From assembly GCF_030530635.1 (NCBI RefSeq), contig NZ_JAUMUL010000001.1, positions 72,548 through 136,547 on the forward strand: 64,000 bases of DNA, read 5' to 3'. A program made the position numbers and the translations under genes. Source of the stretch: Actinomyces sp. GTDB taxonomy: Bacteria; Actinomycetota; Actinomycetes; Actinomycetales; Actinomycetaceae. Position 1 is the first letter of the stretch; every line of letters starts with the position of its first letter. The notes beneath the pieces were generated by a model. It was not told the DNA's origin. It worked only from the letters and a program-made list of their open reading frames with translations, and did no database searches. Positions 18,788 to 29,796 of this stretch are shown here, piece by piece.

Positions 18788-21553
18788 GTGGCAGGCCCGC
18801 CGTCCCGTGGGCACACGGGTAGCGTTGCAAGCATCATGGCCAACCCTCGCACCAAGACCTCGCCGTCCCCCTCCCGACCCTCCGGTGGACGCTACCGCCG
18901 CACCGGCTGGGCCTTCGTCGTGCTGGCACTCGCAGTAGTGATCGGCCTGCGCGAGTGGTTCGGCATCTCCGGCGCCGCCGGCGGCGTGCTGCATCACATC
19001 GCCGCCGGCCCCCTCGGGGTGCTCGGCATAGCCGTGCCCCTGCTGTTAGCGGCCCTGGGCGTGGCGATGTTGCGTGCCCACACCTTCTCCGGCACTCCGG
19101 TACGTGTGGGAGTCGGCTGCCTGGGAGTGCTCACCGGGGTGGCCGGCATCATCCACGTCAGCTCCGGCAACCCCTCCCTCGACTACGGGATCGCTCCTCT
19201 GGAGGAGGCCGGTGGACTGCTGGGATGGGTGGTCGGCTACCCCCTGGCGACCCTGTTCAGCGCGGTGGGCGCCGTCATTCTGTTCATCCTGCTGATCGCC
19301 TTCTCCGCACTGGTCGTCTCCGGCAAGACGGTGGCCGAGATTCGCGAGCTCCTGGCCGAGCGCCGCGGGGCCGGGGACGATGACGCCGCCCCGAACCTCG
19401 CCACCCGCACCCTGGGGCGCGTGCGCCGTGCCGTGGCCGGAACGGATGACGCCCCCACTGTCCGTCTGGAGGCCTACGACGGCGACGAGCCCTTCCGCAC
19501 CGCCCTCGAGACCGATAAGCGCCCCCGGGGCAGCGGCCGTCGCAAGCGGACCCGGAACCACGCCGAACCCACTCCCAGTGACGCGGTTACGAGCGTGCTC
19601 CCGGACCCGCAGGTCGACGTCCCCCTCGACGCCGACGCGCAGGCCGCCCCCGCACGACGTCCCAAGACCTCCAAGACGTCCAATGCCACCAAGGCCGCGA
19701 AGGCCGCGGGCAGGGGCAAGTCGTCGCCGACGCCGGGTGACGCGGCGGCGCCCGCCACTCGCGCGGAGCCCGACGCCGCCACCGAGGAGACTCCCGTCGT
19801 CGCGGACGAGCAGGACTTCGCCGACGCCATCGCCTTGGCGCAGATGGAACTGCCCGACGGGTCCACTTACCGGCTGCCCGAGGAATCGCTGCTGGAGCCC
19901 GGCCACGGTCATGCCACCCGCACTGACGCAAACGACGCCATCGTTAACCGGCTTCAGGACGTGTTCACCGAGTTCGGTGTGGATGCCACCGTCACCGGCT
20001 ACACGCGCGGTCCCCAGGTCACCCGCTACGAGGTGCACCTGGGTCGCGGGGTGAACGTGTCCCGGGTGACCGGCCAGGCCAAGAACATCGCCTACGCGGT
20101 GGGCTCGGATGAGATCCGCCTGCTCACCCCGATCCCCGGCAAGAGCGCCATCGGCGTGGAGATCCCCAACTCCGACCGGGAGATGGTCAAGCTCGGTGAC
20201 GTGCTGCGTTCCCAGGCCGCCAAGAAGCAGGCCCACCCGCTGGTGGTGGGTCTGGGCAAGGACGTCGAGGGCGACTACGTGGTCACTAACCTGGCCAAGA
20301 CGCCCCACCTGCTGGTCGCCGGCCAGACCGGCTCCGGAAAGTCCTCCTTCGTCAACTCCATGATCACCTCCATCATGATGCGGGCCACGCCCGAGGAGGT
20401 CCGCATGGTGCTGGTGGACCCCAAACGGGTGGAACTGACCATCTACGAGGGCATTCCACACCTGATCACCCCCATCATCACCTCCCCGAAGAAGGCCGCC
20501 GAGGCCCTGGAATGGGTGGTGCGGGAGATGGACGCCCGCTACGACGACCTGGCCTCCTTCGGTTTCAAACACATCGACGACTTCAACAGGGCGGTGCGTG
20601 CCGGCGAGGTGCAGCCCCTGCCCGGATCCCAACGCGTGATCGCCCCATACCCCTACCTGTTGGTGGTGGTCGATGAGCTGGCGGACCTGATGATGACCGC
20701 GCCCAAGGACGTCGAGGCCTCCATTCAGCGCATCACCCAGCTGGCCCGCGCAGCCGGCATCCATCTGGTGCTCGCCACGCAGCGGCCGGTCGCGCAGGTG
20801 GTGACTGGGCTGATCAAGTCCAACGTGCCCTCCCGGCTGGCCTTCGCCACCGCCTCGCAGCTGGACTCGCGCGTCATCCTCGACCAGAACGGCGCTGAGA
20901 CTCTCACCGGCCAGGGAGACGCCCTCTACCTGGGCCCCGGTGCCTCCGCCCCCGTGCGCGTGCAGGGCTCCTGGGTCACGGAGTCTGAAATCCGTGCCGT
21001 CGTCGACCACGTCAAGGGCCAGCTGCAGCCCGACTACCGCGAGGACGTGATCGTCCCGGAGGTCAAGAAGCAGATTGATGAGGAGATCGGCGACGACATG
21101 GACCTGCTGCTGCAGGCCGCCGAACTGATCATCACCAGCCAGTTCGGCTCCACCTCCATGCTCCAGCGCAAGCTGCGGGTCGGCTTTGCCAAGGCGGGCC
21201 GGCTCATGGACCTGCTCGAGACCCGGGAGGTCGTCGGCCCCTCTGAGGGGTCCAAGGCCCGTGAGGTGCTGGTTCAGCCGGAGCAGCTGGAGGAGACCCT
21301 CGCCTGGATCAAGGGCGAGGGATCAGCCCCCGGTGCTGAGGATGCCGACGCCGAGCCTGACGAGGGCGGCGTGGACGACACCGCTGCGTCCACGGCCGAC
21401 GCCGTCGCCACGACCACGCTCACCGACCGCTACGGCAACGACCCGTTGGAGGCGGAGCGGGGCTCGGGAGAGTCGGAGTCCTGGGATGATCTGGCCGCCG
21501 AGGAGGACTCCGAGGATGCCTGGAGCCTGACCGGCCGCGGCGCCTCTTGGTGA
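18788..21553 (+). CDS. ftsK: DNA translocase FtsK.
   Basis: N-terminal TM segments, an Ala/Pro-rich linker, a Walker A (GQTGSGKS) motor domain and a C-terminal gamma-domain-like region ([38 protein letters not shown]). Confidence 0.9.
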   Translation: MAGPPSRGHTGSVASIMANPRTKTSPSPSRPSGGRYRRTGWAFVVLALAVVIGLREWFGISGAAGGVLHHIAAGPLGVLGIAVPLLLAALGVAMLRAHTFSGTPVRVGVGCLGVLTGVAGIIHVSSGNPSLDYGIAPLEEAGGLLGWVVGYPLATLFSAVGAVILFILLIAFSALVVSGKTVAEIRELLAERRGAGDDDAAPNLATRTLGRVRRAVAGTDDAPTVRLEAYDGDEPFRTALETDKRPRGSGRRKRTRNHAEPTPSDAVTSVLPDPQVDVPLDADAQAAPARRPKTSKTSNATKAAKAAGRGKSSPTPGDAAAPATRAEPDAATEETPVVADEQDFADAIALAQMELPDGSTYRLPEESLLEPGHGHATRTDANDAIVNRLQDVFTEFGVDATVTGYTRGPQVTRYEVHLGRGVNVSRVTGQAKNIAYAVGSDEIRLLTPIPGKSAIGVEIPNSDREMVKLGDVLRSQAAKKQAHPLVVGLGKDVEGDYVVTNLAKTPHLLVAGQTGSGKSSFVNSMITSIMMRATPEEVRMVLVDPKRVELTIYEGIPHLITPIITSPKKAAEALEWVVREMDARYDDLASFGFKHIDDFNRAVRAGEVQPLPGSQRVIAPYPYLLVVVDELADLMMTAPKDVEASIQRITQLARAAGIHLVLATQRPVAQVVTGLIKSNVPSRLAFATASQLDSRVILDQNGAETLTGQGDALYLGPGASAPVRVQGSWVTESEIRAVVDHVKGQLQPDYREDVIVPEVKKQIDEEIGDDMDLLLQAAELIITSQFGSTSMLQRKLRVGFAKAGRLMDLLETREVVGPSEGSKAREVLVQPEQLEETLAWIKGEGSAPGAEDADAEPDEGGVDDTAASTADAVATTTLTDRYGNDPLEAERGSGESESWDDLAAEEDSEDAWSLTGRGASW

Positions 21554-21637
21554 GATGCCGTGCGCGTCGTACCCGGCGCAGGGTCTTGGTGTAGCACGTG
21601 CTGCATGAGCGGGCTCAGGCGAAGTAGGCTTGCCGTG

Positions 21638-22243
21638 ATGACTGCGAAGACTCCCATTGCGCAGGAGCGAAGTGCTCCGCTGCTCAACGTTGCCAACGCG
21701 TTGACGGTGCTGAGGCTCATACTGGTGCCCGTCTTCATCTGGCTGATGCTCCAGAGCGGTGAGCCGGTGCGTCTGGGCGCCACAGTCGTTTTCATCGTGG
21801 CGGCCATAACGGACAAGTTGGATGGACAGCTGGCCCGCTCCCTGGGCTTGATCACCAGTTTCGGTAAGATCGCAGACCCCATCGCCGACAAGGCGCTGAC
21901 ACTGTCCGCCTTCGTACTGCTGTCCTTGGACGGCCACTTGTGGTGGTGGGTGACGATCACCATTATCGTGCGGGAACTGGGCATCACGGTGCTGCGTTTC
22001 TTCATGCTGCGCCGCGCCGTCATGGCCGCCTCCCGGGGTGGCAAGCTCAAGACGGTGCTGCAGATGACGGGGATTATCGGTCTGCTCGTGCCCTGGGCGC
22101 TGTTCCTGCCGGAGCCGGCGGTCGCCGTGCTCATGATGATCGCCTACGCAGCCATTGGAGCCGCCCTGGTGGTCACCGTCGTCACCGGGGTGGACTACGT
22201 GCTCCAAGCACGGCGGATCGCACGCACTAAGGAGACTGCATGA
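21638..22243 (+). CDS. pgsA: CDP-diacylglycerol--glycerol-3-phosphate 3-phosphatidyltransferase.
   Basis: CDP-alcohol phosphotransferase motif DKLDGQLAR...GKIADPIADK. Start taken at MTAKTP (ATG 21638). Confidence 0.8.
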   Translation: MTAKTPIAQERSAPLLNVANALTVLRLILVPVFIWLMLQSGEPVRLGATVVFIVAAITDKLDGQLARSLGLITSFGKIADPIADKALTLSAFVLLSLDGHLWWWVTITIIVRELGITVLRFFMLRRAVMAASRGGKLKTVLQMTGIIGLLVPWALFLPEPAVAVLMMIAYAAIGAALVVTVVTGVDYVLQARRIARTKETA

Positions 22244-22812
22244 CGGCATCGGCGGAGCAGGTCGGGGCCAGGCCGTCCGCGTCGGACGTCGGCCGCAACA
22301 CACTGGTGGAGGCAGCCCGTTTCCTGCTGGCCAAGGCGGAGGAGAGGAACCTCACTCTGGCGGTGGCCGAGTCTCTCACCGGCGGTGAGGTCGCCTCCAC
22401 GCTGGTAAGCGTGCCCGGGGCATCCGCCGTCGTCGTTGGCGCAGTGGTGGCCTACGCCACCCGTGTCAAGAAGCAGGTGCTCGGCGTCGACTCGGAGTGT
22501 CTGGACGCAACCGGCCCGGTCGACGGCGAAGTCGCCAAGCAGATGGCGGCAGGTGTGGTCCGGCTCATGGATGCGGACCTGGGGCTGGCGACTACCGGAG
22601 TGGCCGGTCCGGGTGCGGCCGACGGGCATCAGGCCGGCACCGTGCACGTGGCCGTTGCCTCCCCCTGGGGGACACTGGCCCGTGAACTGCACCTGTCCGG
22701 GGACCGGGATGCCGTGCGTGACGGCGCCACTACGGCGGTGCTGGCTCTCGCCGGTGCCCTGCTTGAGGCCGTACCGGGGCCTGGGGCGGACCCTGAGGCG
22801 GGCTCAGAATGA
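22240..22812 (+). CDS. CinA C-terminal-domain protein (PncC-like NMN deamidase domain).
   Basis: LAVAESLTGGEVAS...VVAYA......LGV signature, 190 aa, translationally coupled to pgsA. Confidence 0.75.
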   Translation: MTASAEQVGARPSASDVGRNTLVEAARFLLAKAEERNLTLAVAESLTGGEVASTLVSVPGASAVVVGAVVAYATRVKKQVLGVDSECLDATGPVDGEVAKQMAAGVVRLMDADLGLATTGVAGPGAADGHQAGTVHVAVASPWGTLARELHLSGDRDAVRDGATTAVLALAGALLEAVPGPGADPEAGSE

Positions 22813-23024
22813 CGTCGGCGGCGACCTGAATTGTCGACTTGGGAGATCCCGACGCGACCTCCAGGTTACTTCCAGACTTCTCCGCAAAGATCTGAACAGT
22901 GCCGCCGGTGGAGGTTCTGCCGGCGGCGGGAATGAAACCGCCGGATGAATGGTTGTGCCACACGATGAACAACGTGACTCACCCCCGCACTACCCGCCCT
23001 GCGCGCCCGGTTGGACGTGCACCG

Positions 23025-23390
23025 ATGCGGCAAGCCTCCGCGGCGGGGCAGGGCGCCGTCGTGGAGGCCAGGGCGAACAAGCATGAGAACATCCTCCTGC
23101 GTCGCGAGATCGGCGAGGTGCTTCGTTCGGTGCGTCAGCACCAGGGGCGCACCCTGCGTGAGGTCTCCGGTCAGGCCAGGGTCTCCCTCGGCTACCTCTC
23201 GGAGGTTGAACGTGGTCAGAAGGAGGCCTCCTCCGAACTGCTGGCCTCCATCTGTCAGGCACTCGACGCCCCCTTGTCGGCGGTACTGCGCGAAGTCTCT
23301 GATCGCATTGCCGTTGCTGAGGGTGTGGCCGTGCCCGATACGATCCCGGACGAGCTCGTCCGCCAGCAGCAGGGCTTGACTCTCCGCTGA
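23025..23390 (+). CDS. clgR: XRE-family helix-turn-helix regulator, ClgR-like.
   Basis: HTH segment [23 protein letters not shown]. Its position between pgsA/cinA and recA matches clgR in Mycobacterium and Corynebacterium. The start is uncertain; the track ORF begins at 22899. Confidence 0.6.
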   Translation: MRQASAAGQGAVVEARANKHENILLRREIGEVLRSVRQHQGRTLREVSGQARVSLGYLSEVERGQKEASSELLASICQALDAPLSAVLREVSDRIAVAEGVAVPDTIPDELVRQQQGLTLR

Positions 23391-23439
23391 GACACGGCGC
23401 TGGCACTGCTCCTGCCTTTGAATCGAACGCTTCCTAATC

Positions 23440-23481
23440 GTGCCCGGATGTCGACCGCCCCGGTGGCCGACATCCGGGCAC
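23440..23481 (+). terminator. Perfect 14-bp-arm hairpin GTGCCCGGATGTCG-N14-CGACATCCGGGCAC, downstream of the clgR-like gene.
   Basis: Read directly in the sequence. There is no U-tract, as is common in high-GC actinobacteria. Confidence 0.4.
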
Positions 23482-23635
23482 GGTTGTGCCGCGGAGGGGA
23501 GCGGAGCCATACTTCCCGACCGCACGCACCGGCCGGACCGGTTCCAGGACGTGCGCCCGAGGTCACGTCGGAGCGTCCGCGTCACGCCGGCGGCTCAAGC
23601 GTCCTCTGCCGTCTGTTACTACCGTGAGGATTCTC

Positions 23636-23872
23636 ATGAAGCACTCGGAGTTTTGGCGCGCCGTCGACACGGTGTTCGGCTCCACCTACGGCCGCTCGTT
23701 GGCGCAGGATCTGGTCCTTACCGGCATTGGTCGCACCAGTGTCGAGGCATTGGACGCGGGCGTGCCGCCGCGTGAGGTTTGGCATGCCCTGTGTGATGAC
23801 ACCGACCGCAGTGAAGCGGACCGCTGGGTGTTCCGCGATGACCTGCGCGGGCGCCGTCGCGACACGCGTTGA
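23636..23872 (+). CDS. DUF3046-family small protein, the conserved recA-upstream gene of actinobacteria.
   Basis: MKHSEFWRAVDTVFGSTYGRSLAQDLVL...GRTSVEALDAGVPPREVWHALC, with an RBS (GAGGA) 7 nt upstream of the ATG at 23636. Confidence 0.65.
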   Translation: MKHSEFWRAVDTVFGSTYGRSLAQDLVLTGIGRTSVEALDAGVPPREVWHALCDDTDRSEADRWVFRDDLRGRRRDTR

Positions 23873-23885
23873 ACACCGCTCGCAT

Positions 23886-23900
23886 TCGAACAGTTGTTCG
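23886..23900. promoter_or_regulatory. LexA (SOS) box TCGAACAGTTGTTCG upstream of recA.
   Basis: Matches the actinobacterial/Gram-positive Cheo-box core GAAC-N4-GTTC exactly, about 180 nt upstream of the recA start. Confidence 0.6.
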
Positions 23901-24078
23901 CCTACTGTGGTCCACAGGCGACGCTCGTGCACCCCTCATCCACAGGGATGGTCAAGGGATCGTGAAACATGTCAGTGGTCCGGCATAACGTCGCTCGTGA
24001 GCCCCGGAGAGGGACGCTCACTACAGGACCAGCCGTATCCACCGCGGCGGCGAGCCGCATGAGAACAGAGGAACAACA

Positions 24079-25254
24079 ATGCCCACCGCAACCCAGACGC
24101 AGGACCGTTCCAAGGCCCTGGCCACCGCTCTCGCCCAGATCGACAAGTCCTTCGGCAAGGGTTCGGTCATGCGGCTCGGCGAGGATGTCAGACCGCCTGT
24201 CTCGGTCATTCCCACCGGCTCCGTTGCGCTCGACGTCGCCCTCGGGGTGGGCGGCCTGCCCCGCGGCCGCATCGTGGAGATCTACGGGCCCGAGTCCTCC
24301 GGCAAGACCACGGTTGCCCTGCATGCGGTCGCCAGTGCTCAGAAGGCCGGTGGCAATGCCGCCTTCATCGATGCCGAACATGCCCTCGACCCTGTCTACG
24401 CCAAGGCCCTGGGGGTGGACACCGACAATCTGCTGGTCTCCCAGCCGGATACCGGAGAGCAGGCCCTGGAGATCGCCGACATGCTCATCCGCTCCGGTGG
24501 GCTGGACATCATCGTTATTGACTCCGTTGCGGCCCTCGTGCCTAAGGCGGAGATCGAAGGGGAGATGGGAGATTCGCACGTCGGTCTGCAGGCCCGGCTG
24601 ATGAGTCAGGCGTTGCGCAAGATCACCGGCGCACTGTCCTCAACCGGCACCACCGCCATCTTCATCAACCAACTGCGCGAGAAGATCGGCGTCTTCTTCG
24701 GCAATCCCGAGACCACCACCGGCGGCAAGGCTCTGAAGTTCTATGCATCGGTGCGCATTGACGTGCGTCGGATCCAGACCCTCAAGGACGGCGATCAGCC
24801 GGTCGGCAACCGCACCCGCGCCAAGGTCGTCAAGAACAAGATGGCTCCTCCCTTCAAGCAGGCCGAGTTCGACATCCTGTACGGCCGCGGGATCTCCCGC
24901 GAGGGGGGCATTATCGATCTGGGCGTGGAGAACGGCATTGTGCGCAAGTCCGGCGCCTGGTTCACCTACGGCACCGACCAGCTCGGTCAGGGCAAGGAGA
25001 ACGCCCGGGCGTTCCTCAAGGACAACCCCGAGCTGGCTGATGAGATCGAGCACAAGATTCTGGCCGCCCTCGGCATCGGCGAACCCGGTCGCGAGGCCCG
25101 TGAGGCCGCGGCGGACAAGGCCGCGGCGGAGAAGGCCGCCCGCCCCACACCGGTGAAGGGCTCTGCCGCGTCCAAGACCGGTGGACGTAAGAAGAAGGCC
25201 CCAGCGGCTGAGGAGGCCGATGCGATGTTCGGTGAGGATGCCGGCGGTTTCTGA
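24079..25254 (+). CDS. recA: Recombinase RecA, with no intein.
   Basis: Walker [11 protein letters not shown]1/L2 regions and a normal length of 391 aa. Confidence 0.95.
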   Translation: MPTATQTQDRSKALATALAQIDKSFGKGSVMRLGEDVRPPVSVIPTGSVALDVALGVGGLPRGRIVEIYGPESSGKTTVALHAVASAQKAGGNAAFIDAEHALDPVYAKALGVDTDNLLVSQPDTGEQALEIADMLIRSGGLDIIVIDSVAALVPKAEIEGEMGDSHVGLQARLMSQALRKITGALSSTGTTAIFINQLREKIGVFFGNPETTTGGKALKFYASVRIDVRRIQTLKDGDQPVGNRTRAKVVKNKMAPPFKQAEFDILYGRGISREGGIIDLGVENGIVRKSGAWFTYGTDQLGQGKENARAFLKDNPELADEIEHKILAALGIGEPGREAREAAADKAAAEKAARPTPVKGSAASKTGGRKKKAPAAEEADAMFGEDAGGF

Positions 25255-25808
25255 TGCCCTGGCTGACCCCTGACGCTCACACCGAGCAGGTTGAGGCGGC
25301 CCGAGACGTCGTGCTGCGCCGCCTCGACCGCTCCGCTGCTCCGCGCGCTGCGCTGGCGCACTTGCTGGAGCGCAAGGAGGTCGATCCGGCTGTCGCCCGG
25401 GAGGTCCTGGATCGCCTGGAAGCGGCGGGAGTGATAGACGACGCCGCTTACGCCGCCCGCCTGGCGCGCACCCGCTTCGCAGAGAAGGGAGCTGCCCGGC
25501 GAGCCATTGCGGATGAACTGCGCCGTAAGGGTCTGGGTGAAGAGCACATCCGGGCCGCGCTGGCGCAGATCGACGGAGAGGACGAGGAGACTGCCGCCTT
25601 GGCGCTGGCCCGTAAACGTCTGGCGGTCGGCCGGGGGCTGGAGACGGCTGTGCGCCGTCGGCGGGCCTTGGCTGCGCTGGGCCGCAAGGGATACTCCGCC
25701 GGTGTCGCCGCCCGCGCCGTCGATCGGGCGCTGGCGGAGGAGGACGTCGGCAACGCCCTTGTCGGCGGGGCTGCGGAGGCTGCGTCGGCAAATGACTGGG
25801 GCGCTTAG
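25254..25808 (+). CDS. recX: Regulatory protein RecX.
   Basis: Overlaps the recA stop, has an Ala/Arg-rich helical repeat architecture and sits at the recA-recX position. Confidence 0.85.
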   Translation: MPWLTPDAHTEQVEAARDVVLRRLDRSAAPRAALAHLLERKEVDPAVAREVLDRLEAAGVIDDAAYAARLARTRFAEKGAARRAIADELRRKGLGEEHIRAALAQIDGEDEETAALALARKRLAVGRGLETAVRRRRALAALGRKGYSAGVAARAVDRALAEEDVGNALVGGAAEAASANDWGA

Positions 25809-25888
25809 CCCGCTCGGTTGTCGCTGAAGCGGCTAGTCGGGCCGGAGAGTCGGCGGTCGGGTGAGCTGAAGCGCCTGCGCGCCTGGCC

Positions 25889-26122
25889 TCAGTCCTGTGG
25901 GATCAGCAGGTCGCGATAGTCGTATACGTCAACTTGGAGCTGAGTAGCAGGCTGTCGGCTTAAGAACTCGCCGGCGATTCTCACATCGGTGGTGAGCAGC
26001 TCTGCAGAGCCGAGTTGAACGATGTTGTTGCTGTCGTCCTGCTTGTTGGTGACGGCGGACAGCGGTGTGCCGTGCCACTGGGAGATGTCGCTGAGCGAGA
26101 ACTCTCCCTCCGCCGAGCTCAT
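25889..26122 (-). CDS. Possible small hypothetical protein (77 aa).
   Basis: The ORF lies in an otherwise gene-free 550-bp stretch. It has moderate GC3 and no recognisable motifs. Confidence 0.2.
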   Translation of the reverse strand: MSSAEGEFSLSDISQWHGTPLSAVTNKQDDSNNIVQLGSAELLTTDVRIAGEFLSRQPATQLQVDVYDYRDLLIPQD

Positions 26123-26364
26123 CGGGGCGGAGCGTGTCTGGTTCGGCTTTAAGGCTGAGCGTGGTGGCGGTTAAACCTGACGCGCCGAGGTCTTGGCCCG
26201 CCAGCGGGGTCTGCGTGCCGTAGGTGGAGCGGCTGGCTGAGGCTTCGGCCTCTGAGGTCGTGGGGGAGGTGTTGCCTCTAAGGCGGTGGGGGTGTGAGGC
26301 GAATCATCGGAAATGATTCCCACGCCGCTTCCTCCTTACATAAGGCAACCCTTACATTTGCGCT

Positions 26365-27864
26365 ATGAGACGTCCCGTCGCCATCATCCTCACCTCCGCC
26401 GGACTTGCCGCAGGTGCCGCGATCGCCCTGACCGCTCGACCGAGGCGCCTGCATGTGCCCCCGGTTCCTCTGGGCGATAGGCGTCACCGTCCGCCCCGTG
26501 TGCTCATTGCCGGCGGCGGTTACGTCGGCTTCATCGCAGCTCGGGAGCTGCGTAAACGGCTGAATACCGATGAGGTGGAGATCGCCGTCGTCGATCCGCG
26601 CCCGTACATGACCTACCAACCCTTCTTGCCTGAGGTCGCCGCCGGTTCCATCCAGCCGCGGCATGTGGTCGCCTCCCACCGTCGCGGCCTGGACGGCATC
26701 ACCATCCTGACCGGTTCAGTCACAGACATCGACCACGCACACCGCAGCGTCACCGTCACGCCCCCCATACCCGAGTCCACCAGAATCACCCCCGAGCCCT
26801 ATCCACTGACCTATGACCACCTAGTGCTCGCCCTGGGTGCCGAGGCACGTACCCTGCCCATTCCCGGTCTGGCCGAGCAGGCCCTGGGCTTCAAGCAGGT
26901 GGAGGAGGCGCTCGCTCTGCGCAACCGAGTGCTCTCCCGCATCGAAGAGGCCGCCTCCACCTGGGATCACGACCGGCGTCGGCGCCTGCTCACGTTCGTA
27001 TTCGTGGGCGGCGGTTTCGCCGGCGTGGAGGCGATCGCCGAGTTGGAGGACATGGCCCGCGCCGCTGTGGCCAAGATCCCAAGCATCGAACAGAGCGATG
27101 TGCACTTCGTGCTGGTAGAAGGCACCCGCCGCATCCTGCCCGAACTCACCGAGGAGCTGTCCGGCTACGGCCTGCAGCAACTGCGGGAGCGCGACATCGA
27201 CGTGCGGCTATCCACCTTCTTGAACTCCTGCGTCGACGGACACGTGGTCCTGTCCGACGGCACCGAGTTCGACGCCGACACCATTGTGTGGACCGCAGGG
27301 GTAAAGGCGGCCCCGGTGCTGGCCGACTCGGACCTGCCCATTGAGGGGCGCGGCCGCGTCACCGCCCTGCCCACATTGCAGGTGGCCCGTGAGGGCGTGG
27401 TCGTGGATGGTGCCTGGGCCGCAGGCGACTGTGCGGCCGTGCCCGACCTGGCCGGCGACGATCCGGAGGCCACCTGTGCACCCACCGCTCAGCACGCGGT
27501 CCGTCAGGCCAAGGTCTTGGCCGACAACCTGGTGAAGACTCTGACGGCCGATGCCGACGGGCAGCCGCAGCTGTCCGTTTACCGGCACGAGAACCTCGGC
27601 ACCGTCGCCTCTCTCGGCATCGGCAAGGGGGTGGCCCGCATCATGGGGCACAACCTGCGTGGCATTCCGGCCTGGACCGCTCACCGCGGCTATCACGTCT
27701 ATGCCATGCCCACTCTCAACCGGAAGGTGCGGATCATGATGGACTGGTTCGCGGCCGTCGTCTTCCGCCGCGACTTGGCCAGCTTCGGATCGGTGGCCGC
27801 ACCCGGTGCCGCCTTCGCCGCTGCCGCGGAGCACGACGCCCGCCTGGCCCAGCGGCGCGGCTGA
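26365..27864 (+). CDS. ndh: Type II NADH:quinone oxidoreductase (NDH-2).
   Basis: Two dinucleotide-binding motifs ([17 protein letters not shown] and [15 protein letters not shown]), 499 aa. Confidence 0.85.
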   Translation: MRRPVAIILTSAGLAAGAAIALTARPRRLHVPPVPLGDRRHRPPRVLIAGGGYVGFIAARELRKRLNTDEVEIAVVDPRPYMTYQPFLPEVAAGSIQPRHVVASHRRGLDGITILTGSVTDIDHAHRSVTVTPPIPESTRITPEPYPLTYDHLVLALGAEARTLPIPGLAEQALGFKQVEEALALRNRVLSRIEEAASTWDHDRRRRLLTFVFVGGGFAGVEAIAELEDMARAAVAKIPSIEQSDVHFVLVEGTRRILPELTEELSGYGLQQLRERDIDVRLSTFLNSCVDGHVVLSDGTEFDADTIVWTAGVKAAPVLADSDLPIEGRGRVTALPTLQVAREGVVVDGAWAAGDCAAVPDLAGDDPEATCAPTAQHAVRQAKVLADNLVKTLTADADGQPQLSVYRHENLGTVASLGIGKGVARIMGHNLRGIPAWTAHRGYHVYAMPTLNRKVRIMMDWFAAVVFRRDLASFGSVAAPGAAFAAAAEHDARLAQRRG

Positions 27865-27967
27865 GTCCTCCACTATCCCAGGAGAGGAGATCCGTGGCGC
27901 CGCGACGGCTCTGTGGCTGCCAACACGGACGTCGTTCAGAGCGCTGATCAGGCCTACACTTCGCGGG

Positions 27968-29647
27968 ATGACTACGATCGAGACGATTGGCAGCACCGCC
28001 TCCTCCAACAAACGGTCATGGGGCGCGGACCCTCCCCGCACCTACCACGTGCGCACGCTCGGCTGCCAGATGAATGTTCACGACTCCGAGCATATGGCGG
28101 GCCTGCTGGAGCAGGCGGGATACCGCCGCGCCGAGGACGTTCCCGAGGTGGCGGCGCGTGCTACCGCGGCCGGTGACGGCGGTGCGGACGTCGTCATCAT
28201 CAATACCTGCTCCGTGCGGGAGAACGCCGCCACCCGCCTGTTCGGCAACCTCGGTCAGCTGGCCGCAGTCAAGCGGGAGCGCCCCGGCATGCAGATCGCC
28301 GTGGCCGGCTGCCTGGCCCAGCAGATGGGGGAGGGGATCGTCGAGAAGGCCCCGTGGGTCGACGTCGTCTTCGGCACCCACAACATCGATGTGCTACCCG
28401 CACTGCTGGACCGCGCCCGCCACAACGCCGAGGCCGCCGTCGAGATCGAGGAGTCCCTGAAGGTCTTCCCCTCCACTCTGCCGACCCGGCGTGAGTCGCC
28501 CTACGCCGCCTGGGTGTCCATCGCGGTGGGCTGCAACAACACCTGTACCTTCTGCATCGTCCCCTCCCTGCGCGGCAAGCAGCGCGACCGGCGCCCCGGT
28601 GACATCCTGGCCGAGGTCCAGGCCGTCGCCGCCCAGGGGGCCATCGAGGTCACCCTGCTGGGGCAGAACGTCAACTCCTACGGTGTCGGCTTCGGTGAGC
28701 GTGGCGCCTTCGCCGGCCTGCTGCGCGCGGCCGGGAGCGTGGAGGGCATTGAGCGGGTGCGCTTCACCAGCCCGCACCCGGCGGCCTTCACCGACGACGT
28801 CATCGACGCCATGGCCGACACGCCCGCGGTCATGCCGAGCCTGCACATGCCGCTGCAATCCGGATCGGACCGGGTCCTGCGGGCCATGCGCCGCTCCTAC
28901 CGAACCCGCCGGTTCCTCGACATCCTCGAGCGCGTGCGCGACCGGATGCCGCAGGCCGCCATCACCACCGACCTGATCGTCGGCTTCCCCGGCGAGACCG
29001 AGGCGGATTTCCAGGCGACCCTCGACGTCGTGGAGCAGGCCCGCTTCGCCTCCGCCTTCACCTTCGAGTTCTCCCCACGCCCGGGCACCCCGGCCGCGGG
29101 CATGCCCGACCAGGTGCCGATCGAGGTGGTCAAGGAGCGCTACGCCCGTCTGGACGAACTGGTGCGGCGCATCACCCGGGAGGAGAACGAGCGTCAGGAG
29201 GGGCGCATCGTCGAGATCCTCGTGGCCGAGGGCGAGGGCCGCCGCGACCGGGCCACGGCACGCATCTCCGGGCGCGCCGCCGACAACCGCCTGGTGCACG
29301 CCGCCCTGCCGGTCGGGCTGGCGGCAGACGACTACGCCGCCGGCGCCCCGCGGCCCGGAGACATGCTCATCGTCCGCGTCACGCACGGCGCCCCCCACAA
29401 CCTCATTGCCGATTCCGCCCGCTGCGGCGTCGCGGCCGATGGGGCGGCCGTGGATGGTGCGGGCCGAGGTGCCGGGGACCGCATCTGGCTGGACGGCGGC
29501 CCCGCCCTGTTCGAGGTGCGGCGCACCCGGGCCGGGGATGCCTGGGAGCGCCGTCGCCGTGAATCCCACGCCGAGCCCGAGCCGGATGCGGCGCCCGTGG
29601 CCATTGGTATGCCGACGCTCCGTCCCGGGGCGCATGGCATGAGGTAG
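27968..29647 (+). CDS. miaB: tRNA-i6A37 methylthiotransferase MiaB, with a roughly 80-100-aa Ala/Gly/Arg-rich C-terminal extension.
   Basis: MTTase N domain ([18 protein letters not shown]), a radical-SAM CxxxCxxC ([10 protein letters not shown]) and a TRAM domain. Start taken at ATG 27968; the track ORF from 27806 overlaps ndh. Confidence 0.9.
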   Translation: MTTIETIGSTASSNKRSWGADPPRTYHVRTLGCQMNVHDSEHMAGLLEQAGYRRAEDVPEVAARATAAGDGGADVVIINTCSVRENAATRLFGNLGQLAAVKRERPGMQIAVAGCLAQQMGEGIVEKAPWVDVVFGTHNIDVLPALLDRARHNAEAAVEIEESLKVFPSTLPTRRESPYAAWVSIAVGCNNTCTFCIVPSLRGKQRDRRPGDILAEVQAVAAQGAIEVTLLGQNVNSYGVGFGERGAFAGLLRAAGSVEGIERVRFTSPHPAAFTDDVIDAMADTPAVMPSLHMPLQSGSDRVLRAMRRSYRTRRFLDILERVRDRMPQAAITTDLIVGFPGETEADFQATLDVVEQARFASAFTFEFSPRPGTPAAGMPDQVPIEVVKERYARLDELVRRITREENERQEGRIVEILVAEGEGRRDRATARISGRAADNRLVHAALPVGLAADDYAAGAPRPGDMLIVRVTHGAPHNLIADSARCGVAADGAAVDGAGRGAGDRIWLDGGPALFEVRRTRAGDAWERRRRESHAEPEPDAAPVAIGMPTLRPGAHGMR

Positions 29648-29796
29648 GTCGTCTGCACCGCTTCGCGATCACGAATAGTGATGCTTTGAGGGCGCGCATC
29701 GTGAGCGACTCGGAGTCGCTGGGTGGACCCGTGGGAGTTGACAGTCAGGCGGTGTACTGACACACTGAGTGTGTTGGTACACTGAGTGAGAGGTCG

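Noticed and set aside
19046-21010. 654-aa minus-strand ORF antisense to ftsK. Similar antisense ORFs cover gltX (11344-12936), clpX (44653-45945), the PglF-like gene (60677-62392 +) and the fadD genes (50759-52270 +).
   Set aside because: They are in-frame stop-free runs caused by GC-rich codon bias. They have no motifs and overlap well-supported genes entirely.
24079-25254. Possible intein in recA, as in some mycobacteria.
   Set aside because: RecA is 391 aa with a contiguous core, so there is no insertion.
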